In this document: positions 36,499 to 50,145 of the stretch, in pieces
Numbering within the stretch: position 1 is the stretch's first letter
Layout of the letters: every line of letters starts with the position of its first letter
Origin: Amphiscolops sp. MND2022
Lineage: Eukaryota
Direction of reading: 5' to 3'
NCBI GenBank assembly: GCA_964187785.1
Contig: OZ076409.1
Coordinates: 53,756,001 to 53,820,000 of the forward strand
Length of the DNA stretch: 64,000 bases
Program-made: the position numbers and the translations under genes
Notes under the pieces: generated by a model
Database searches by the model: none
Told to the model about the DNA's origin: nothing
Seen by the model: only the letters and a program-made list of their open reading frames with translations

Positions 36499-37725
36499 AT
36501 GAACATGCCCCCGAAAAAGTCAATCGCCACAATAAAGGTAAAACTTCACATTGCAAAAACTAAAATGGAGTCAGCGTTGAACAGTTTTTCTAAAGAATTA
36601 GAGTCAGAAAAGCCAAACATTATTGCAATTAACCATTACAAAAACACAGTACAACTAAGACTTGAAGACTTAGAAAAGAAAACTTATGAAGGATTTGACG
36701 CAATCCCAGCAGAAGAACAAACCGAACTCATCGACCAGCTCTCGCAATTTCATCTACAAGTCGATGACCTTGCACAGAAAAGTATGCACGTCAGCGAAAC
36801 ACAGGCATACATACCGCCAGCGTCCACTTTTCAAACCATGACAGCTAATCAAAACCCGACGTCGCTAACACTCAAACAGGACGTGCAGCCAATGTCAGTT
36901 TCGATGCAACCAACGATGAAGAAGATCACAGACGACAACAGACACAACCGGACAACAGCAACTCAACCACAGAGACTGTCAACAATCATCAAGCAATTGC
37001 AGCAGACAACCAAGAGGATCGACAAGGGTCACTGCCAGCAGCATCCGCAGTCCATGCAGCTACGAATGCCACCGCAGATCACTGTTATACCATATAACCT
37101 GACATTTGGACCCTACTTGAACACACTGCCGAAGATGAAAATTGAATCCTACACTGGGGACCCTCTACAGTGGTCTGATTGGAGAAGTCGGTTCGACTTC
37201 ATGATCGGCAACACAGCACTCAGCAACAGCCAGAAGATCGCGTATCTACAAGGATTAGTAACAGGTAAAGCAAAAGACGCCATTCTTCATTTCCACTGCA
37301 ACGGACAGATCTACAATGATGCCCTGCGAGAACTCGAAAGAAAATTTGGAAAAACAACGACAATTGTTAATGCGTACATACAACAACTCTCGGACTACCA
37401 ACCACCAATCAAAGGAAACCCTGAATCATACATCAACTATACAACATTCATCAAAGGAACGATCCGCAACCTGCAGCACTTAGAACACACAGCTGACCTG
37501 GAATCAACGACCAACTTGCGACATGCCATCAAGGAACTACCCACCTCAGATCTTATACGATGGCAACAATACATCGTCAATCGCCGTATCGACAGACCAA
37601 ATCTGATTACCTTCTGCGATTGGTTGAAACCGATAGCAGAAGCATACGAGCTACTAGAAGACAGTGATAACCAACAACTACATACACTACAGACATTTGC
37701 AACACAGACCATTAACAGCAAATGA
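36499..37725 (+). CDS. gag: BEL/Pao gag N-terminal part (truncated by premature stop)
   Basis: KIESYTGDPLQWSDWRSRF..LSNSQKIAYLQGLVTGKAK..Y..AL..L...FG. Confidence 0.8.
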   Translation: MNMPPKKSIATIKVKLHIAKTKMESALNSFSKELESEKPNIIAINHYKNTVQLRLEDLEKKTYEGFDAIPAEEQTELIDQLSQFHLQVDDLAQKSMHVSETQAYIPPASTFQTMTANQNPTSLTLKQDVQPMSVSMQPTMKKITDDNRHNRTTATQPQRLSTIIKQLQQTTKRIDKGHCQQHPQSMQLRMPPQITVIPYNLTFGPYLNTLPKMKIESYTGDPLQWSDWRSRFDFMIGNTALSNSQKIAYLQGLVTGKAKDAILHFHCNGQIYNDALRELERKFGKTTTIVNAYIQQLSDYQPPIKGNPESYINYTTFIKGTIRNLQHLEHTADLESTTNLRHAIKELPTSDLIRWQQYIVNRRIDRPNLITFCDWLKPIAEAYELLEDSDNQQLHTLQTFATQTINSK

Positions 37726-40700
37726 TCAACAAGTCAATCAACAACCTGCCCTCTAGGAGATGGACGACACCAAATCTTCAAATGCCCAATTTTCATCGCA
37801 CAGAGCCCGGAAGAGAGACAGATGACTACGAGAAACAGTGGTCCCTCATTTAACTGCCTGAACAAGAACCACCGCATCGCCAACTCCCCTTCAAAGAAGA
37901 ACTGCCAACATATCGACTGCAATGAACGACACAACTTTACTTCATAGAGACTTCCAGATAGCCGGTAACTCATCACACCTCACCGGAAGACAAGGATTCA
38001 GAACAAACGACAGAAATCATCCACCAGAAATTTCTCATAACAAAAGCCCAAGCCAGAAAGAAACTGCATCAGTTCACGTGACACAAAAGGAATCGACGAA
38101 TAACTGCCTTCAAAAGAATACAGAAGCCGAAAACTACAGAACAGAGACACATCAGCCAGCAGCCACTTTGCAGATTCTACCAATCAACCTGCACAATCAA
38201 CAGCGCTCTACAGCAGTGTACGCTCTACTTGACAGTGGAAGTACGTCAAGCTTCCTCACAAAGAACATAGCAGAAAAGCTGAAACTCACCCCGAAGACAA
38301 CAACGACGCTCAATATTAAAGGATTCAACGCAGCACAGACAATCAACAGTACCGTAGTTGATCTGCAAATATCTGACATCGAAAACAGAAAAACCCATAA
38401 TTGTAGAAATGTCTACGTAGTTGACAACGACCAACTGCCAACAGTCAAAGAGCACCCCAAACAGATAGCCGACAACTATGGACATCTCAGAGACATCCAA
38501 TTGCCACATCTCAGTAACCTGAACGTAGAGGCACTACTTGGATGCGACAAGTATGCTCTCATTATAGCTAGACAGCATCCTACAGACATCAGCATTCTAC
38601 ACCAACGAATGATGTCTACTTTTGCCAAACATGTGAAAACCACGAGCAACAACTGTTTGAAGATGTCAAAAAATGGTGGAACGTGGAATCTTATGGACCC
38701 AAAGCAGCAACCGAAGACCCAACGACTAACGACGAAGACAAAGCACTTGAAATACTCGCAGACACTTGCCGCAAAACAGATGACGTACGATTCGAAACAG
38801 GACTCCTCTTGAAGTCAACTGAGGAACTGCCAAACAATCGCATTTACGCTGAAAACCATTTGAAGTCCCTACGGAGGAAACTCAAAGACGACGACGACCT
38901 AGCGCAGTCTACAGAAACGAAATACAGAAAGACTTGGACAAAGGATACATAAAAGAAATCAACGAAGAACAAGAGGAACACAGCACCAAGTGGTTTCTAC
39001 CACATTATGGAATAGTTAGCCTGGCGAAACCTGGAAAGATTCGCCGCATTGCAAACGCCGCCGCTGTCTTCAATGGAACATGCCTCAACGATCATCTACT
39101 ACCTGGACCCGACCTACTGAACGACCTAGTTGGAATCATACTACGCAGTCGCGAGAAGCCAATACTCATCACCGCCAACATAGAAGGTTTTTTCATCCAA
39201 GTTGGAGTCCGAAAATAAGATCGCAAGTTCTTGCGATTTTTGTGGAACGACGGCTTCAACAAACCACCGAAGGAATTCGAATACCATAGACACATGTTTG
39301 GTGCCAGAGATTCACCCGCTTGCGCCATCTACGCTTTACAACAAGCAGCCAGAGACAACGCGGAGAACTATCCAGATGTTCTCGAAACCGTGACAACCGA
39401 CTTCTACATGGACGATTTTGTGAAATCCGTTGGATCAACCGAAGAAGCACTACAACTACATCAACGATTCAGACACGTTTTAGGAAGCCACTCCTTCAAC
39501 CTTATCAAGTGGTGTAGCAATTCCCGAGCATTCTGCAATGAACTGCATGAAAGCCTTTTAACGACCGAGAAAGACGAAATTTTCACAAAGAACAATAGAC
39601 AAAAGGTACTGGGAGTTTCCTGGTTCCCAATCACCGACATTTTTGCAGCTCATATAAACAAACACAACCCGGACATGCCCCAGAAATGGACTCAACGCAA
39701 ACTGTTAGAACTTCTTTCACGAATTTTTGACCCTGTGGGAATAACAGCACCTGTCACAATTGTCATGAAGATAAAGTTACAAGAGATATGGAGAAACGGA
39801 CAACACTGTGACGAAAAACTACCTGAAGACCTTCAACAATTCGTCAAGGAATGGACCACTAATACAGCACATTTGAATAAAATAAAGATCCCTCGATATT
39901 ACAATATGCCAACCGCTCAGCCAATAGAACTACACGTCTTCTGCTACGCCTCAACTCAGGCCCTCGCCACAGTCATTTTCATTTGATTCGCACACAAAAC
40001 AGTCTACCATACGCAATTCGTCATGGGAAAGACCAGATTCGTCCCACTGGAACCACAGACCACTCCAAAGCTGGAACTACAAGCAGCCGTCTACTCATGC
40101 CGGGTACAAAGAGCATTCATCAAAAACACGACCCTGTCAATCTCAAAGATCACACACTGGACTGACAGCACAGTTGTCTTACATTGGATTTACAACTTTA
40201 ACAACCAACAGAAAACATAAATTGCCAATCGACTACACGAAATACGACACACCACACCTATAGGTGATTGGAAATACGTACCTACAAAACACAATCCAGC
40301 CGACGAAGGAAACCGAGGAATCAAGACAACAGAACTCAAGCACTCAAAATGGATGAATGGACCAGCTTTTCTCAAGTTGCCTTAACAATTATGGCCTCGA
40401 ACTATCGAAGAAACCACACGCAGCACCCTAGAGAATATGCCGACATCAAAAACAGACGACATACAAACCTACAGCCTAATCTGCAATACACCGCATACAT
40501 TCGTGGACTACAAACGATTCTCATCGTGGAAAAGACTGCTTCGAACTACCTTCTATATTGTGAAGACAATGGATCTTGCGAAACGACGACTATCCACAGT
40601 AAAAGAACGTTATCAACGGAGTAAAGACATTCTGTTCAGAGTCACACAAAATGAAAGCTTTCCAGAAGATATCAAAGACATCCAAAGAACACAACCCGTT

Positions 40701-41881
40701 GAAGCACGCAGCAAGATTGTCAACTTCAACCCATATTTCGATCAACAAGGAACACTTCGATCACTCAGCCGACTTCAAAAAGCCCCAATCAACTCTCGGT
40801 ATGCCAAACATTACATCATACGACTCTACATACAGCATATACACGAAGATGAAGGACATGTTGGACTAGAACACATGAGAGTAAAACTGCAACAAGAACA
40901 CTGGATGACCCATTTGACAACCACACTCAAACAAATAATCTACATCTGTTTCATCTGCAAACGCCATCGACAACTACCTAATCAAACCAAAATGGGTAAC
41001 CTGCCGGAATTTAGATTCGCGAAAACACCTGCAGCTTTCGAAGACATTGGATTGGACTACTTTGTAGAAATCAATGCACCAGCCAATACATCTGCATTTT
41101 CACCTGTTTCAAAACAAGAGCAGTACACTTCGAAGTTGTTGAAGACCTGACAACGGACTCATGCTTTCTGGCGATCAGACGATTCACAAACCGACGAGGA
41201 AAACCAACAAGTATAACATCTGACAACGCGAGTACATTCCACGCAGCAGCCAAATCTTTGGACCTGGGAAAGATAGAAGAAAACCTAGGAACCCAACAAA
41301 TTGACTGGAAATTTATACCCACTGGAACGCCACATCAAGAAGAAGCTTGGGAATGTCTAATCAGAATAGCGAAGAGAATCCTCTGCTCAATGTCTGGAAC
41401 CCAAAATTGGACCCAACAGACATTCAATACCTTCATTTGCCAAGTGGAAGGAATTATGAATAGCAGACCTCTGACAAAAGCTTCAGCAGATCGCAACGAC
41501 ATAGAATGCCACACACCCAACCATTTCATCATCCCACGACGCAGCAACTTCCCAACGACAACCTTAGAAGCGAACAAACACACCGATAGACTCATTCAAC
41601 TAAATAGACAGTGAGAGTCAAATGCCAATCAATTCTGGACAAGACTCATGAAAGAGTACTTGCCGACACTGAGGCCCCAATCAAAGTGGCATACGACCAA
41701 AGATCCAATCATGAAAGGTCAAGTGGCGTGGATTCTTGAAAACAACTCGCCCAGAGGACTATGGCCCTTGGGTATGGTGACAGAAGTTTACCCAGGGTCG
41801 GACAACATTGTTCGAAAATGTAAACTCAAAACGAAAACTGGCGAAACTGTCAAGGGTGCCCACCAGTTATGTCCCCTGGAG

Positions 41882-42010
41882 TGTAATGGAAATCTTCGAA
41901 TAATTTGTCACGTGCCATTATTATTATTGTCAAGATTGAATAAAGTGATTCATCAACGTCAAGAGTTTCGATCCCCATTTAATGTAAGATCATTCCAATT
42001 TTCTTCTACA
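41882..42010 (+). repeat. BEL 3' LTR (129 bp)
   Basis: Direct repeat of 36342-36470. Confidence 0.9.
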
Positions 42011-42948
42011 AGTATATTTAAATACAATATTTCACACCCCTGGAAATGCTCTAAGTCGGAATCGCATCACTACTTTTGACGCTGAGATCTGGCTGACGAA
42101 GAGGAGCATACGACAGTACGTCTAAAGACCAAAATGAGCATGCTTGACGGGTGAATAACGTAAATGACAGACTTAGTCAGATTAGCTGTGAAAAAAATTC
42201 CCTTGCAATAGGGAAGCGAGCGAGCCACCTGTCCCTCTAGCAACCATGGGACCACGCTTCGAAATCCTCAAATCGCAGTTCGACACTGTTGTTAACAACT
42301 CTGAAAAACTTTTTGACAAGTTTCATTCATCAAATACAAATCATGCTGGTTGTGACTTCTTCTACGAGATTTCCGAACTGGAGGTTCTAGCATTACAAAG
42401 TACATATTATATTGAACTAAATTTACAAAACGTTGTCTTAGATTTTCTGAACTTAATTCCTTGTTCTTCATAAGTTTGAATTGTTCAATATTTGCTGAGC
42501 ACACCTCATTATCCCTAAATAGTTAAGCTGCCAAATGAACAAAATAAAGCTAAGAGAAACAAAGTTGTATGTGGAAAAATGTTTGTGAGTAAATACAAAC
42601 AATTTATTCACAGTTTGAAAATCAATCAGCCTTATTTAGACTTTGCCTTTAATTTATGGGAACTGACTGTGAGAACGGTTTCAACTGATAAAACTGAGAT
42701 TATTGCTTTAAATTGTGCAACCAGTGGAAGATTTATTTCAATTTGCAGGTACTGGAAATAATAAGGGAATGTCGATTTTCGGGATGCCGATTCAAGAAGG
42801 ATTACTATTTTGATATTCTCCAAACTTTGTGATATTTTGTTGTCCAAGCAATCAATTGAAATGTATAAATTTCAACTCTGATTAGAGATTAATTTCATTA
42901 CTTTGATTACAAGGATAGAGCGTCACGAATATCCTCCCAGGAACCAAA

Positions 42949-43770
42949 ATGCGATTTGATTGCTCTATATTTATATCATTAAGTACATCTTTCATCTTGC
43001 TCATCAATTTTCTGCACATATTGCCATGCAGTGGAATTATTGGAGGGCAAAAAGCCGAAAATTATCCCTTTTTCGTCCTTGTTCAGAAACTACAGCATTC
43101 TTGTGGGGGCACAATCGTATCTTCTAATGTAGTTTTGGCTTCCGCGTATTGCGTTTTCTGTAGAACCAAGAGACGCTGGTGTCAAACAACCGAAGTGCAA
43201 ATCATAGATGCTGATTTTGCGAGCGCTGATTGGATGATCAGTGCGAAGATCATTTCCGTTGATTACTTCAAAGTTCACGAACTTTATAATCCTGCCAAAA
43301 ACAACGGAATTGGTCCTTATGATATAGCTTTGATAAAACTGCAAACCAATTTCAGTTTCAGTAACTTTCCCAAATCAGCTCTGAACACCTGTCCTCTATC
43401 TGATTACTTTGAAGGCCGGTATGTGTACGGTATTGCAATAGGAATGGGCCTGGTATCCCCTAATGAATATCCAGAGCATTTGATGGAGGCGGAATTACGA
43501 CAGGATCATCTTTGTGGAAAATATTTTGGTCAACATTCCAAAGTGAACCGAATTGTTCAGACCTGCTATAGTATCCCTGGTCAATCATCTATTTGCAAAG
43601 GAGATTCGGGAGGTCCTCTTGTGTATAAGGAAAACGGCGAGACCTTGTGTTTGATTGGAATAGCTAGTTTCACTAGATCAGGATGCAACCATCCGTACTA
43701 CCCGGGTATTTTCACTCTGGCAGGGGTTTTCGAAAACTGGATACAAAAAAACTTGATCGAAATGAAGTAG
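42949..43770 (+). CDS. Secreted trypsin/chymotrypsin-family (S1A) serine protease homolog, intronless, catalytic His replaced by Tyr
   Basis: Signal peptide, IIGG, CGG, LASAYC (vs LTAAHC), DIALIKL, GDSGGPL, GIASF, YPGIFT. Confidence 0.9.
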   Translation: MRFDCSIFISLSTSFILLINFLHILPCSGIIGGQKAENYPFFVLVQKLQHSCGGTIVSSNVVLASAYCVFCRTKRRWCQTTEVQIIDADFASADWMISAKIISVDYFKVHELYNPAKNNGIGPYDIALIKLQTNFSFSNFPKSALNTCPLSDYFEGRYVYGIAIGMGLVSPNEYPEHLMEAELRQDHLCGKYFGQHSKVNRIVQTCYSIPGQSSICKGDSGGPLVYKENGETLCLIGIASFTRSGCNHPYYPGIFTLAGVFENWIQKNLIEMK

Positions 43771-44659
43771 CAAATTGAAAACTCGACAGTTTTTCTTAAC
43801 CAACTTATTGCCTCCTTGAAGTGTTTTGTTCATATCATTTGGTATCTACTATTTTTTCAGTATTTTGAGGTTTTTTCCTTCAATACATCTCTGACGAGCC
43901 AAAAAAGTCAAGTTTCAAATATTTTTGAAATATTTTAATTACGAAATTTAACTGGCGTTTCAGCGAAACTAATTCCGGTACTAGATACCTACGGAATCAT
44001 TAATTTAACTAATTGAGCATACTTCCTTGGCATCCTAAAGTTTCACAAACAATTTCATCGTTTCCTGAGGTGATAATTGCGTAGCATTCTCGTAACTTAG
44101 AACAAATAGTTTCACGAAAAGATCATCTGATGATGGGGACATTGCAATGGCGCATGCAACAATTCATGGAAAACAAAAGTTAGAATGAATGTTTCTAAGG
44201 TATTGGAGGCTAGTTCATGATTATAATCACTTATACGAAATATTGAGCTGAAAACATGGAAAAATTGCTGTAAAATCTCCTTTTTGACACTTAACGTGAG
44301 TTCCTCTGCGTTTACGTGGGTTCGAATCCCGTGCTAGACGAAAATTTTATTGCTTGCAAAGGTACAGAATAGTCAAAAGGGTTCTGGTACGACCCACGAA
44401 AATGAGTGAGTTTTAGCATAAATAGATCATAAAGGGTACCCCTAAGGCCTTAGGTATTTCCGGTGCTATGCGACTGACCAAATATTTTTTGGAAATTTTT
44501 CAAAATTTGTTTTTCGAGCTTCTCTGTTAAGCAAAACCGTTTTCCGAGTCTTAACGATGATCTCTTTGGTTATTTTTGTCCCTTGGAACTGATGAGACTT
44601 TTCTCAAAAAGTGGGGAAAAGTTATACTGTTTTTCGGCTGTGTGCGACTTTGCTCGATA

Positions 44660-45098
44660 TTTTAGTCGGCGCTTCATGAAGTGAAACGCGACTATAATAG
44701 TGACTTCAATCCACACAAACTGACCAAAACAGTTGTACAAGTTGTACAAAATTTTAAGGGGCCCAAGTGTACCATTTGGACCAGAGAACTGAACTATAAT
44801 AATTGTTCTTTTTTTTAACGGAACATGCAAAGACTAAACGGTCCCCTTTGCATTTTTACAACACCACTTTTTTTCGAAAAGTTTTTAATGTCTCCAAAAG
44901 GTTTATCTCTTCATTTTTTTTATATTTTGCAACAGAATGGTTGTTTAAAAATCTCAAAGAGCCCCCCACTTTTAGAGCGCCTGCTCGGTACCCCGGGTTT
45001 TTCGGGTACTGTGGAAAAGAATACTTTACACTTTGAAGTCCTTTTGCTATTTTTGAGCCTTTTGCGGGGCGCTGACATATGCCGCTCCCGCCTCGTCT
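44660..45098 (+). mobile_element. Diverged Helentron/DINE-like element
   Basis: Starts TTTTAGTCGGCGC; ends TTTTGAGCCT..GGCGCTGACATATGCCGCTCCCGCCTCGT. Confidence 0.5.
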
Positions 45099-46190
45099 TC
45101 TTTCCACTAGAGCTTTGCTGATTTGATTTTTTGATGTTTTCAGTGTTTTGCGAGCCTTAAGAGTCACACCTTAGAATAGTTTCGCAAAAAATCGCAATAT
45201 CGGGTTTTGTGATAATAACAATCAAGATAAACTCTTTTCTTCACCATAAAAGATCCCCCTTGGGATTTGTAAACAGTTTACGAAAAAATATTGCAGTGTG
45301 ACTGTGCCTCTTGTAATCGCTTGTTTCGATAATGGTCTTTTTCAGTTTTCTATTGCTTCGAGAAATTAACCTTGACGAGAACATCTAATCTTAAAGAAAA
45401 CGTAATTGCTGTTTTTTGTGTTCAATTGTCTTGGAGATCGTTACCAGTGACTGTTTTGTTTAATATTCTGTACTGAATTTTCAGGAGATAGCAAACTAAC
45501 TTGAAAGTTATTTGTAAACAAATATGTAATTTCGTCAATAATAACAGCAGATTCGCATCTCTAGTTACCCTAAAGACTCCCGATTTGTCAAAATCTCACG
45601 TTTCTGCGATACATAATGAAACATGGAAATAGTTTTTCCTTAAAAATGAAATAAATAGGAAACGTTTCAATCGAGTAGTAAATCAATGACTGATTCATCA
45701 CAAATCTTCATTCTTATCTTCTATTACAATTCAATTTGTACAACTTAGCATTATATATTTACACAAAGCTATGGAAATTTTTCAAGAAGTTGGTCAATAA
45801 ACCAGACGAATGATATGTTAACTCAGGTCATTAGTTATTTAAATCGACAATTCCAGTTGAGAAAAGAAAATGAGCTCTTCAACCTCACATATTATGAAAT
45901 ACACCAATTAAACAAAAACAAGGAAGCAAAAGAGGGCACACAATAATCACCAGTATCGAGGAAACACTATATAAAAAGAACTTAAGTTACAGAAGTTTTA
46001 GAATTTTGTATGTGTAGTTTGAATTTTATAGTTTGTAGATTAATTCCGAGCAAAAGCGTTGTGCAATTTTAACGGCTCTACTCAAGATTTTCTAATCGAA
46101 TATAGTCATGTATGGTGAACGTGTTTTTCATACTATGGTGTCATGTGGATTGAACGTTTTGCATACATGGCTAACTATAAATACATTAGC

Positions 46191-46507
46191 GGGATCTCTT
46201 TCACTATGTCCCTCCCCCCTATGTCACTCGTTACACTATGTCCCCCCTAGAGAAAAAGAATGTTTGTGGCTCATTTATATTCATTTCCTATTGGCTAATC
46301 TCTCATGCTATTCTGTCAATCAATTGATCTCGTCATAACTAACGACACTCTTTATTGGTTCTTATCAAAATCCCCGCTCAGCCAATCAGAAGCGTTGTTA
46401 GATAAGAGCAGATCTGCGCTATTAGAATGTGCAATACATGTATTTAATAAGCGTTTCACTATGTCCCCCTTTTTTGCTGTAGGGGGGGATATAGTGAAAG
46501 AGATCCC
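46191..46507. mobile_element. MITE (317 bp) with TIRs and 6-bp TSD
   Basis: GGGATCTCTTTCACTATGTCCC ... GGGATATAGTGAAAGAGATCCC, flanked on both sides by ATTAGC. Internal CACTATGTCCCC repeats. Confidence 0.85.
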
Positions 46508-47560
46508 ATTAGCGTAACGTAGTCGATTAACACCGACCATAATTAATTTATTGGCTACAATTCAACCACAGTATTAATTTCTGTCGAAAACGTTTTCCCG
46601 AAAAATCTGTACAGAAAATCTTTGAACATCTGTAAAGATCCTTGCAGATCTGTAGTTGTCCTTACGTAGCAGTGGCACGATCTTTACAGATCCTCATGGA
46701 AAAATGGCTCACAAATCTGTACAGATTCTGAAGAAAACCTCAACTTGGGAAAACTTATCTCAATCACCAATTTTTGACATCTGCTACTATCAATGATTGA
46801 TTTCGAATGAAGAATAAATTTCTCTGAGAAGAGGAAAGGGTACCGCTGCGAAAAATTAATGCTAAAGTTGAATGTTTTTGCGCGAGATTTCACTCGATGC
46901 GCCAATCAAAATTGAAAGTGAGAGCAAATAAACAATTTTAATTCGTTGATAACGACGCTCAGCGCATAGGAGGGACCATTTTTTAATCACAGTACTGTAG
47001 TTTAACGGTTTTGCAATATCTATATAGTTTGCGGATTAGAAGCCTATAATGTATCCGATGTTGATACCGGATGTTAATATGGCCCGATCGCCGGTGCCAC
47101 ATTCAGCTTATACCGCAGAACGCCATGAATTGAATTTTTTGTGAGAATTACTTACGGTTTCGGTGTTTACTATCATAACTTCTGATCATACATGCACTGA
47201 TCATATATGAAAAACATGATGGTCATACAATGACCATATTTGAACAATATGAAGGTCATAGCATGACCATAATTCGTTTTTCATTGATAACTACTAGCGT
47301 TCATATACGGAAACATTGTATGGACTCATACCCGGGATGAGATTTTGGCGTAAGAGTTTGTAATTTACAAGTTTTTGGCCAAGGGGTGCTACGATGCTAG
47401 CGTTTACTACATTTTTGCTGCTTAAAGGCTGTCGGTATCTTGTCTTTTAACAGCATTTAACTCTGATCCAATTTTGATATATAATTGTTGCTTTTCTTAT
47501 CATTATCACAATTACGTGGGTTTTAAAATTCTACGTGGTTTAGTTGGTTTTACCGGCTGA

Positions 47561-50145
47561 TTAGTAACTCCATTCAACTTTACAAAAACTGGTTTGAATT
47601 GGACGGGCTGGGATTTTTCTTAGGATAAGTCTACATCTAAGTTCGTTCAATCTAGCTTGAGTATCTCCGATATGAGAATGATCTATAATTTCACGTCGAG
47701 TCCAAAGATTTTCTGCCGGTGCCGCAGCTTCGGGCCACGCGAACTGCAAAAAGTTAGTTGCATCTACAAACTCTGCCCACAGGCAAACTTCGCCACCAAT
47801 GAAGTTGTCCACGACAAATTTCTCAGTTGAGGATAAAAAGGAGGAAATGTCGAAATCATAATACTTTCTCCAAGTTTCACCATATGCTATGTAATTGATA
47901 TACCACGGCTGTGAAATAACCACTGCAACATTTTGGTTTTGAACTGCATCAGGAAGCGATTGCGCCACGTCGGAAATTTTTTTCCAAATATTTATAATGG
48001 AGTTTTCCGGCACAGTAGCACCCATTTCCAAAACTTCCTGCCAGAACATTATCGTCCGTTTCGGGGTCAAATTTGACACGATTTTGCCAATTCTTTCAAA
48101 AAAATTTTTGACTTCTGGTCGCAATCTGCTGAAGTGTGACATAGTTTGAGGGTACCAGCAGTCATCGCTGAACTCATCACCGCCCAAATAGAGGATCTCA
48201 TCTTTAAAAAGCTCTGCAATTTCCTGGATCAGGTTCGATAGAAATGTGAAGGTTTCGTTTCTTGTTGCATCCAGAAGTGGGCCTTGCCCCTCATCCCATC
48301 TATCATACGAACAGTCGTTGAATAGTTCGGGGTGTCCTTTCGGCAGGAATGTTGAATTACGAATTGCCACGAATAGTATTAACTTGATGCTTACAATGAA
48401 TGGTGAGAAAGGAAAAATAAGATTTAGATCTTGTAGTCAACGTGAGGATATCCTGTAGTTATTTATGCTGATTTTAAATTTTCTAGATATTCTGCAATCC
48501 TTCAATCAACTTTTCATTTTTCGTTACGTTAATTTTCCACTTGTTTTGGAAAATCGTTAAATGCTTTTAGCCTTCAGGTATTCATGTTCTGAAATAACCG
48601 CAATGTGTTACGAGGTTGAATTGAAATTTCAAGAAATTTTTCGGAATCGTAAACGGTATAATTGCAAAATACCTGCCTTTTGCCCACGACCGGGTATGGG
48701 CGGGAATATCAAGTTCTGGAATGACACGGATTCCTCTTAGTCTGGCTTCTTCAATGATCGTCCGAACGTCTTGTTGGTTGTAGATATGGGTGCGATGGTT
48801 AAAAGCCCCGAATTCACTCAATTTGGGGTACTTCAGACTCTGGAGAGGGAAACTCTGGTCATCTGTGATGTGCCAATGAAGAACGTTGAGTTTGACAGCC
48901 TCCATGGCGTCCAGATGTCTTAGAATGATCTGCATGGGAATATAGTGGCGAGACGTATCCATGAGAAAACCTCGGTGCGAGTAGGATGGGTAATCGTGGA
49001 CTTCAGTCTCGTTTATCATCAATAAAATCTAGACGAATATATTCAATTCTTTCAAATTTTTCACCAAATTTATAATAATCAATTGAATTTTTCAAAAACT
49101 TTTTTACCTCAAGGTTTTATTTTTAAAAACACTTTTTAATTTGCCAATAATTTTTGGAAATTACTGCATTTATTATTAGGCAGGACAAGCACAACTGATT
49201 TGGTTTCTGACATCACGTTTCATTAACAATAGATAACAAGGTGAACCCCTTATATAGTATACCTGATTCTGATCCGAGTAAACTAGCTGGCTGAATGTCT
49301 CTATACCCCTGAGTGCCCCCCACACCTGTTGACTGTAGAGCACTGCCATTGGCCACTGCACAGACAAATAATAGCTCTCGTCCATCTGCGAGTGAGGGTA
49401 GCTTACGTCACAGCCCTCCTCCATGGCGACCACCAATCGGTCGAGAACTGGAAACGAGGGGTAATGCATATTGCCATTACCCTGATCTTGGATCACTTTT
49501 TGATGGCGTTTAAAACTTTGGGTGAGAATTTGGCAATCTAATCAGGTAGATTCTTAATCATTTGAGTTTCTCTTGAAAGAGGTATAAAGATGAGGAATGG
49601 ACATATCAAATGCTAATATCTTCGCAAAAATATGTTAGGACTCATTTATTTGCAGTGCTTTCGTCTTGAGCTCAAGAATTATGTAGGAGAGAAAGGTAAT
49701 GGTAGAAAAAGTGTGAAACAACTGTAACATGAAACCTATGGTGTAAAGAGGCAAACTTGGTCAGCCAAGAGTTTTTTGAGCCAGAGAATGAAAAAAAATC
49801 AACAAACATCAGCGGCTTCTCTGTAAATTTAGAAAAAAATTGAAATTGAAACATCTTGAGTACTCCAACTGAATTGTACTTTAAAATGGGAAACTTGATT
49901 TTCCCAAAGAATCTACCTTTTCCATTGCTGGTTTTATCTAGCAAATTGCTATCAAGTTTCCATTTAAACTTGCTGGTAATCTGCAAAACTTTTCGTGATG
50001 CATTCACAAATTGTGGGCGTGGCCAAATTTTTCCATTGGTTTGGGGTATTGCATGAGGAACATAGGCGTAGCTAGTTGTTCTCCATAGCAAAAGCAAACC
50101 AAGCAGTGTAACCCAAAAGTTTAACGAACCCGAAAATTTGCCCAT
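47561..50145 (-). CDS. Beta-hexosaminidase (GH20, HexA/HexB-like); exons ~50145-49917, 49537-49263, 49028-48677, 48336-47561
   Basis: Signal peptide, IWPRPQ, DESYYL, WGALRGIETFSQL, HRGFLMDTSRHY, NVLHWHITDDQSFP, RGIRVIPELDIPAHT, GGDE catalytic pair, GGEVCLWAE, WP.AAA.AE.LW. The first two GT-AG introns join in phase; the third junction is ambiguous. Confidence 0.92.

Larger units (their letters stand above)
36342..42010 (+). mobile_element. BEL/Pao LTR retrotransposon, degraded (5.67 kb)
   Basis: 129-bp LTRs; gag core (YTGDPLQW..W), ALLDSGS protease, FYMDD RT, Pao RNase H (LHVFCYAS, PKLELQAA, WTDS), integrase (GLDY, SDN) and a terminal WPLGMVTEVYPGSD domain. Many stops and frameshifts. Confidence 0.93.

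Noticed and set aside
44315..44340. tRNA-like GGTTCGAATCCC T-loop/B-box
   Set aside because: No D arm, anticodon arm or acceptor stem can be folded; at most a SINE or tRNA relic.
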